Below are positions 57,962 to 64,000 of a DNA stretch of 64,000 bases, piece after piece (position 1 is the stretch's first letter; every line of letters begins with the position of its first letter). The notes under the pieces were generated by a model. It saw only the letters and a list, made by a program, of their open reading frames with translations, was not told the origin of the DNA and ran no database searches. A program made the translations under genes and the position numbers. The stretch is from the IMG/VR virus record IMGVR_UViG_3300013728_000001. One strand, 5' to 3'. The stretch comes from an uncultured virus (IMG/VR IMGVR_UViG_3300013728_000001). Its lineage: Duplodnaviria; Heunggongvirae; Uroviricota; Caudoviricetes.

Positions 57962-59329
57962 TCATTTCTTTAAGACAGATTCAAACATGGCGAAGTTAAT
58001 TCCTCTACCTTCGCCAAATTCTTCCTCAATTTCTCCTGATACCGCCGTCAGCACGTCATTCAGCGTCAGCTCGCCGCCGCCGAACATATCCCCCAGCGCC
58101 TGCTGCTGGTGTAACAGCTCGTCGTTGATCTTCTGCGCCATCTTTTTAAACGCTGCGCCGATCCGTTTCGCGCTGCGGTTGTTGGCCACGATAAACAGCG
58201 CCAGGGCTTCGGCCTCTTTGCTGGCCTCTTCAAAAAGCCCCTGCTGCGCCAGCACTTCCTGTATCGCCTGCCCGCTGTCCTTCGCCTGGCGCACCAGCTT
58301 AATCGCATCCTGCAGCGCGGCTATTGCCTGCTGATCCAGCCCGTTTACCGACTGCACGCCGTCTACCAGCCCGGTAACAGCCTGGCGGTGAACGTCTCCG
58401 GAGAGCGTCTGCATCTGCGCAAACTCACTGGCCGCGGTATTGAGCGCCGTCAGGATGTTACGCATATCCGGGTCGGGTTCCTCAGATACCAGCTTTACCA
58501 GTCGTTCATCCTTATAGGCGCGGGCAAAGATCGCATTCTGGATGCGGTCAATCATCTGCTTTGTCGGGCGCCCGTCGTCGGTCAGCAGGCCTGCTGTTGC
58601 CGTGTCGCCTATCTCTTTCATGAATGCCCGGATAAAGCCGTCATTTGAGCGCGCCAGCAGGTTGCCGTCATCGGACGGATTGAAGATGGCCATCAGGCGT
58701 TCGTCGAGCATTTCCGCATCCACAAACGCCTTTTCGCTCGCCGCCATTTCCTGCAGATCGGAGAGGTTGGAATCCTTCGCAAACTGCGCCCGGTCAACGT
58801 CCGTCAGGCGCTCGCGCACCAGCACGGGCATATCCATCTGCACGATATCCGACGCCTTCAGGCCATAGTCTTTCGCGTGCTCAATCAGGTACTGGCGGTA
58901 TTCATCGGCCTGCCCCTGCTCATAGGCGCGCGTGATCCCCATTGAGCGCCCGTTGCCTGACTCCACCACGTTATCCGCGCCCACGATTGGCGCACCGTGG
59001 CTGCTCATGCCGGAGTCGGTCAGCTTCGCCGGCCGCAGGTTGCCCGCAATTTTTGAAACCTGCACTTTACTGGTCAGGCGCGTGCGGTCGCGCGGCTGCA
59101 GCTCTGCCGGAAACGCCGGATTAATGGTGCCGTCGAGGTTGTTTGAGATAATCAGGTCGCGGGCATCCACCACCTTAAACGCAGTTTTCACTTCCTGACC
59201 TTTGCCGGTCACGACGTAGGACGATCGTCCTGTTTGGGTCTCTGTTTTGCGCAGTGAACCTACGAGCCCAATCAGGGCAAAAATGCTGCCGGCGTCGCCC
59301 AGCAGGCTCTTTAATTTCTCGTTAAGCAT
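57962..59329 (-). CDS. ddrB: DdrB-like protein (ParB-like domain)
   Basis: NP.FP.ELQPRDR.R, GAPIVG.DNVVESGNGR and PVLVR; position in the dar operon. Confidence 0.8.
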   Translation of the reverse strand: MLNEKLKSLLGDAGSIFALIGLVGSLRKTETQTGRSSYVVTGKGQEVKTAFKVVDARDLIISNNLDGTINPAFPAELQPRDRTRLTSKVQVSKIAGNLRPAKLTDSGMSSHGAPIVGADNVVESGNGRSMGITRAYEQGQADEYRQYLIEHAKDYGLKASDIVQMDMPVLVRERLTDVDRAQFAKDSNLSDLQEMAASEKAFVDAEMLDERLMAIFNPSDDGNLLARSNDGFIRAFMKEIGDTATAGLLTDDGRPTKQMIDRIQNAIFARAYKDERLVKLVSEEPDPDMRNILTALNTAASEFAQMQTLSGDVHRQAVTGLVDGVQSVNGLDQQAIAALQDAIKLVRQAKDSGQAIQEVLAQQGLFEEASKEAEALALFIVANNRSAKRIGAAFKKMAQKINDELLHQQQALGDMFGGGELTLNDVLTAVSGEIEEEFGEGRGINFAMFESVLKK

Positions 59330-59372
59330 TGTGATCCCGGTAATAAAAACCCCGCCGAAACGGGGTTACTGA

Positions 59373-59792
59373 TTAAGCTGCGAGGCCGCTGGCGGCTATC
59401 CAGCTGGCGGTTTGCTCTTTCGCATCGTCCAGCGCCAGATAAACGCCGATGTAGTCACCGACTTTGCGCAGCGTCTCCACAAAATCCAGCTGTGCCTGCT
59501 GCGTGAATTTCCCGGCCAGAAAGTCTTTAACCACTTCCGGGACGGGCTGATCCTCTTTAACAGGGTCCGGCTGTGGCTCCGGTTCCGGCGCCGGGACGGG
59601 CGCTGGCTCCGGTGCCGGATCGGGAGCACTGGTGGCCGGTGCCGGCGCTGCGCCATAACCCAGCTTCAGCATGATTGCTTCCATCTGGTCATTAAGATCC
59701 AGAAGGTCCAGCCCCTTTACCGTCGGGGCTTTGATAATCAGTTCGTCCAGCTGGTCGGCTAAATCCAGCTTTTCAAGGGCGGTTAACGTCAT
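59373..59792 (-). CDS. ddrA: DdrA-position protein
   Basis: Between darA and ddrB; call rests mainly on synteny. Confidence 0.55.
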   Translation of the reverse strand: MTLTALEKLDLADQLDELIIKAPTVKGLDLLDLNDQMEAIMLKLGYGAAPAPATSAPDPAPEPAPVPAPEPEPQPDPVKEDQPVPEVVKDFLAGKFTQQAQLDFVETLRKVGDYIGVYLALDDAKEQTASWIAASGLAA

Positions 59793-61975
59793 GCTGCTAC
59801 CCCTTTACGCTGCACGGCCACCAGCAGATCGCTCAGGTGCTGCACCGCGCCGTTCACCAGCGCTTCGTTTTCATCAAACACGCCTGCAGCCGTCAGCGCG
59901 GCAATCGCCTCGCGCACCTGATTGCGGCCGGCGCGGATCACGTCCATGTCGTCGGTATCAAGTGAGGTCAGCCCCTGCAGGTAGTCGATCGCCTTCTGCG
60001 CTTCAGAGTCTGCTTCCGGCACGGGCTCCGGTTCCGGCTGTGGTGCTGGCTCAGGCTCTGGCTGTGGTTCTGGTGCCGGTTCCGGGGTGTTGAGTTCCTC
60101 CACCAGCGGAATACGCTTGCCGGTGATCATCGCGGTTTGTGCTGCCTTCAGATATTCAGGACTCTGATTAGCTTCCACGTAGTCAGCCGCCTGCTTCAGC
60201 TGCTCACTGCCATAGCCCAGCGCCTCAGCCCAGGCGTTTACCAGGTCAGATGCCCAGCCCACCAGGTCGCCCAAGCGTTTAGCAGCAATCCAGAACGGGT
60301 CTGTGGTTTCACGATCGTCAGTCACGTCGGTCTCTTCTCCTTCGCCTGCTGCCAGCTGCTGCAGCGCGGCTTTGATAGCGCCCGTGAAATAGGCCTCATC
60401 TTCCCCTTCCGGATATGCCACGCCGGTCAGCTTCTTACGGGCCACCATGCGCACCTGTTTGGCGTAGGTGTCCGGATCTTCTACTGACATTTCCAGATAC
60501 TGCGCGGCGTAGTCGCTCATTTTCTCCGCCACGGTCGCGGCCAGCGCATCGAGATCCGCATGCGTCGGGATCAGCTTCAGCTCAAAGTCAGCAATCTCTT
60601 TATCAGTCAGCGGACGGTCGTAGGAAATGATGCCGTTACGGGCAACGCCGCTGTACGGCTCGCCTGCTGCTGGCTGATCCGCCACGGCAGCAAAGTTCGG
60701 CGGTACCGCACCGATACCTGCAGGACGGTTAACCAGCGCATAGCGCCAGACGGTTGCCGGCACAACGGGTTCCGGCTGTGGCTCAGGGGCTGGTGCTGGC
60801 TCAGGTTCAGGCTGTGGCGCGGGTTCAGGTTGCGGGGCTGGCTCAGCAGCAGCAACGCGGTACTTTTCCGCCGCGCCGGTGCGGTAGGCTTTCAGCATCT
60901 TTGTTGCCGTTTTACCCATCTCCGCACCCTGGCTGGATTTAGAGGGCATTTCATACGTGGTGCCGTCGGCTTCGGTGATGATCACTTTGCCTTCCAGTTC
61001 GCCGTTCTGGTCATCGACGTGATAACGAACCGTCGCGCCGTTGCTCAGCGTGGCCTGCCCGTCCATGTTCAGGCGCGCTTTAACCTGAATGGTGCGATCG
61101 CTGAAGGTGTCCGTGTTTTCCGGCTCGCTGGCTTTTGCCTGCTGCAGCGCGGCCAGCTGCCCGGTAAGGTCGGCATTCAGCTGTTTCTGGCTGGCGAGTT
61201 TGCCGCGCAGCGTCTGCTCATTGCCCTGCATCTGCTGCGCGCGTGCGGTCTGAGTGTCCACCTGCTCCAGCAGCGCTGACTGCTGCTCTGCCAGCTGATC
61301 GGTCTCAGCCTGCGTGGTTTCCACTTCCGCGCGCAGCTTCGCCTGTGCGTCCTTCTGCTTCGTAAATTTGCCGCTGTTCTTCTCGATCAGGTTGGAAAGC
61401 GCCTGCGTCACCTGCTGCAGCGACACGTCATGCCCGCCAATCGGCGCAACGATGTGCGTCACGTCGCGCTTGTTGATCAGGAACTGGAAGGCTACCAGCG
61501 TGTCCTGGTTACGGATCTTGCCGTTGTCCGCGGTCGGTGAGTGGAACACCAGCGACACGGTTTGCCCGTCGGATAACGGGATAAGCGCGCTCAGAACCGG
61601 AATGCTGGCCACGCGGCGCACTTTGCCGATCACCGCGCCGCCCACGGTTTTCTGCCCGGTAGTGTCCGCGCCGGCGTCGTCGGTCCCGGCGATAATGTCG
61701 GTGCCGTTCAGGCCACGGTTCAGCGCCTTCACAAATGCGCGCATGGTCTGCGCCAGGCGCATACGCTCCGTGCTGATCGCCTCAAACATCGCGCCCGGTA
61801 ACACGCTTTCTTCACCCAGGTAGGCGTGATCGATATCGTCGATAGTGGCGCTTTCCAGCATCATATCCGCGCTGCTGCCGGTCATCAGGCCGTCGTACAC
61901 CGCCTGCGCCAGCTCTGCGCCCTGCGTGCGGCGCTGGAAGTCCAGCACCATACGGTTTTTAAGGATCTCACTCAT
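59789..61975 (-). CDS. darA: DarA antirestriction/internal head protein
   Basis: LSDGQTVSL.FHSPT, F..NK.DVTH.VAP..G.D..L and coiled coil; MLES/MFEA putative processing motifs. Confidence 0.85.
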   Translation of the reverse strand: MSEILKNRMVLDFQRRTQGAELAQAVYDGLMTGSSADMMLESATIDDIDHAYLGEESVLPGAMFEAISTERMRLAQTMRAFVKALNRGLNGTDIIAGTDDAGADTTGQKTVGGAVIGKVRRVASIPVLSALIPLSDGQTVSLVFHSPTADNGKIRNQDTLVAFQFLINKRDVTHIVAPIGGHDVSLQQVTQALSNLIEKNSGKFTKQKDAQAKLRAEVETTQAETDQLAEQQSALLEQVDTQTARAQQMQGNEQTLRGKLASQKQLNADLTGQLAALQQAKASEPENTDTFSDRTIQVKARLNMDGQATLSNGATVRYHVDDQNGELEGKVIITEADGTTYEMPSKSSQGAEMGKTATKMLKAYRTGAAEKYRVAAAEPAPQPEPAPQPEPEPAPAPEPQPEPVVPATVWRYALVNRPAGIGAVPPNFAAVADQPAAGEPYSGVARNGIISYDRPLTDKEIADFELKLIPTHADLDALAATVAEKMSDYAAQYLEMSVEDPDTYAKQVRMVARKKLTGVAYPEGEDEAYFTGAIKAALQQLAAGEGEETDVTDDRETTDPFWIAAKRLGDLVGWASDLVNAWAEALGYGSEQLKQAADYVEANQSPEYLKAAQTAMITGKRIPLVEELNTPEPAPEPQPEPEPAPQPEPEPVPEADSEAQKAIDYLQGLTSLDTDDMDVIRAGRNQVREAIAALTAAGVFDENEALVNGAVQHLSDLLVAVQRKGVAA

Positions 61976-62592
61976 TACGCTGCCTCCTCCAGTTGGGCGA
62001 TCTGCTCTTTAAGCTGGCGCGTCAGTGCCTGCTCCTGATTAAGCTGTGTCTGCAGGCTGTCCGCACTTTTCTGCGCGTCGTCCGCGCTGCGCGTCAGCTG
62101 CTCCACCTTCGCTTTGGTTTCCGCGATGCCTGACTTATAGGCGTCACGCTGCTGGCGCACTTCGGCCAGCAGCTGCACCGAGGATTTCACGCCGCGCTTG
62201 GGCTGCGCAGTGTCATCGCTGGTGGCAGCAGCACGCGCCATCTTGCGCGCCAGGGCTTTCTGAAAAGCCGTTGAGCCTTTGCTGAATAGCGTGGCCAGCT
62301 GGCGCCCGAGCTCAGGGATCGTGGTGACGTGGGTAAACGGCACGTTTTTCCCGTTCAGCTTCAGGCCGGAAATGTCGCCGCTGTCGTTGACCTGCACGGT
62401 CATAACCTGCTCGTCCATGCCAGTGAGGCTGAAAGTTTTGGTAGGTACGCCGTCTTTCCTGCGCGCGGTGCCGGCGGCGGTGACTTTGGCAATCTCATAG
62501 CCGCCGGTGGCGATCGCCTTCTTCAGCTTCGCCAGGCCCTTATCGTTCAGTTCGTCAAAATTCAGCAGCACGTAGCCTTTAGGATTCGACAT
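61975..62592 (-). CDS. hdf: Hdf (DarA-homologous) protein
   Basis: Q...V.VNDSGDI...KLNGK.VP motif; lydB-hdf-darA order. Confidence 0.75.
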   Translation of the reverse strand: MSNPKGYVLLNFDELNDKGLAKLKKAIATGGYEIAKVTAAGTARRKDGVPTKTFSLTGMDEQVMTVQVNDSGDISGLKLNGKNVPFTHVTTIPELGRQLATLFSKGSTAFQKALARKMARAAATSDDTAQPKRGVKSSVQLLAEVRQQRDAYKSGIAETKAKVEQLTRSADDAQKSADSLQTQLNQEQALTRQLKEQIAQLEEAA

Positions 62593-63034
62593 TGAATACC
62601 CCCTGCTCTGACTTGCTCAGCTGGTACTTTCTGGAAATGGTGTCCTGAAGCGGGAAGATCCGGTAAAGCGGGTTCAGGCGGCTGTTGCCGTGCGTCACGC
62701 GCACGGTAAGCAGCCATTCACCCGGCTCAAGATAACGCGTGTCAATCAGCAGAAATTCCTCGCTCACGCCTTTTGGCGAGAGGTCGAGCGTGCGCTGCTT
62801 GCCGGAAATAACCACCGTCGGATCGTTGCTGTCGCGCAGCCAGTACTCAATTTTTGCGCCCGCCAGCTTGCCGGCGCAGGCGATGTTAAGCCGGACCGGG
62901 AACGCCAGCGCGTTATCACGCACCACGGCGGTACCGCACCCCAGCAATTCCACCTTTTTACGGGCAAATACGCAGCGATCCGCCACCATTGCTGCAGCCA
63001 TCGCCGTAATAAACAGGTTCTGATAATCAATCAT
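62579..63034 (-). CDS. lydB: LydB-like antiholin
   Basis: N-terminal TM helix; NP.YRIFP motif; follows lydA. Confidence 0.7.
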   Translation of the reverse strand: MIDYQNLFITAMAAAMVADRCVFARKKVELLGCGTAVVRDNALAFPVRLNIACAGKLAGAKIEYWLRDSNDPTVVISGKQRTLDLSPKGVSEEFLLIDTRYLEPGEWLLTVRVTHGNSRLNPLYRIFPLQDTISRKYQLSKSEQGVFNVES

Positions 63035-63348
63035 TGGCCGGAGCCTCCTTTTGACCCAAGCACGCCGTTTATTGCCGCAATGAGTCGTTCTTTGAATACA
63101 GTTGAAAGTTCACGCCAGTTGTTGCTCGCCACCAGCACGGCGAGGTAAATCACGATTTCGTCCAGTCCCTGCTGTCGCGCAAAAAAGTAGGCCGTGAGGC
63201 CGGTAATCAGCGCCAGCACCAGCTCAGTGACAAAGTTGAATACGTTCGGTTTGATCCGGTATTCGCGCACTCCCAGCAGGAAAACGCCTGTGCCACTCAA
63301 CAGGGACAGGAGAAGCGAAACCGCGAGCATTTTTTCTACATCGGTCAC
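63031..63348 (-). CDS. lydA: LydA-like holin
   Basis: 105 aa with 2-3 TM helices; first gene of the dar operon. Confidence 0.75.
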   Translation of the reverse strand: MTDVEKMLAVSLLLSLLSGTGVFLLGVREYRIKPNVFNFVTELVLALITGLTAYFFARQQGLDEIVIYLAVLVASNNWRELSTVFKERLIAAINGVLGSKGGSGQ

Positions 63349-63384
63349 ATACCCCCCTTTGGTACCTGGTTATCAGGTGGCGAG

Positions 63385-63405
63385 AGGGTAAGCAGTCTGT
63401 AATTT
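63385..63405 (-). promoter_or_regulatory. Candidate late promoter of the lyd-dar operon
   Basis: AAATTACAGACTGCTTACCCT. Confidence 0.6.
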
Positions 63406-63453
63406 AGAGAGGTAAAGAAAAACAGCGCCCGGAGGCGCTGTTTTTTGAGGAGG

Positions 63454-63999
63454 TTAGCTGGTGGGCGGTACTTCCGGCCAGGCTGCGCTGTCAACCGGCC
63501 ACGGTTCCATGCCTTTAAGCGCCCGGATATAGCTCAGCCAGCGTACGAGCAGCGCCTTTTCATTGTCAGGTAGGATATCCAGCGACAATTCTGCCTGCCA
63601 TTCAGTAATCACTGCCCGCGCCTCATTCAATAAGCGATCGCGCCGCTTATTGAAACGCTCCGTGATTTCTTCCTGAGGAAGTGCGCGCGGTGCAATAACG
63701 CCATTTTTAAACGCCCACTCGCCGTTAGGCTGAATATCAACAGGTACCAGGTTTTCATCCACCTCAATAACGGAATAGCCGTCCGGCCAGAGTTTTGATG
63801 CGTCTTTATCCAGCGCCCAGATACGATCGCCAGCACAAACCATGAGCTTTACGGTATGTTCAGCAAAATGTTTCTGAGCCTCATACCAGCAGACGTTATT
63901 GGCACAACGTGTAAAAGCAATATTGCGCTCAAGTAGAGAGCTCAGTAAGTGGGCTTCTTCTTTTTGCGCATCCGTTGATTCATCCGTAATAACCGCTGG
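63454..63999 (-). CDS. Tail-fibre assembly chaperone (Tfa/gpU-like), 5' end outside the window
   Basis: Frame is open to the window edge; WYE.Q..F...T.KL, DAS.LWP.G.SV.EV and W..YI.AL...WPE.P motifs. Confidence 0.85.
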   Translation of the reverse strand, partial: PAVITDESTDAQKEEAHLLSSLLERNIAFTRCANNVCWYEAQKHFAEHTVKLMVCAGDRIWALDKDASKLWPDGYSVIEVDENLVPVDIQPNGEWAFKNGVIAPRALPQEEITERFNKRRDRLLNEARAVITEWQAELSLDILPDNEKALLVRWLSYIRALKGMEPWPVDSAAWPEVPPTS

Positions 64000-64000
64000 T

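Noticed and set aside
63350..63460. Expected cin invertase/cix site between tail-fibre genes and lydA
   Set aside because: Only a terminator and a late-promoter candidate are visible; no invertase in this window.

Overview
This 64 kb window is part of a P1/D6-like phage-plasmid (temperate myovirus kept as a plasmid) from an enterobacterium, possibly Pantoea/Erwinia (inferred from the recombination site). It starts in the left end of IS1. Core functions I recognise: ref, an oriR/repA iteron replicon, umuDC with a LexA box, dUTPase, a Cre/Dre-family recombinase with a 34-bp rox/pox-like site, c1, pacAB with a Dam-hexamer pac site, lpa, lxc-ulx-darB-prt, C4 RNA, pro, repL, an endolysin and the lydAB-hdf-darA-ddrA-ddrB operon. 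It ends in a tail-fibre assembly gene. Accessory content: parMR inserted between lpa and pacA; a methyltransferase-helicase-GIY-YIG (YeeABC-like) defence cassette bracketed by inverted hairpin elements; three DUF2829/Tad2-like proteins; four toxin-less antitoxin-like genes; vapBC; an O-acyltransferase; and an unexplained repeat array after repA. The most unusual element is a ~2 kb non-coding array of tRNA-scaffold RNAs whose anticodon arms are replaced or expanded. All homology calls come from reading motifs and synteny from memory; no database search was run.
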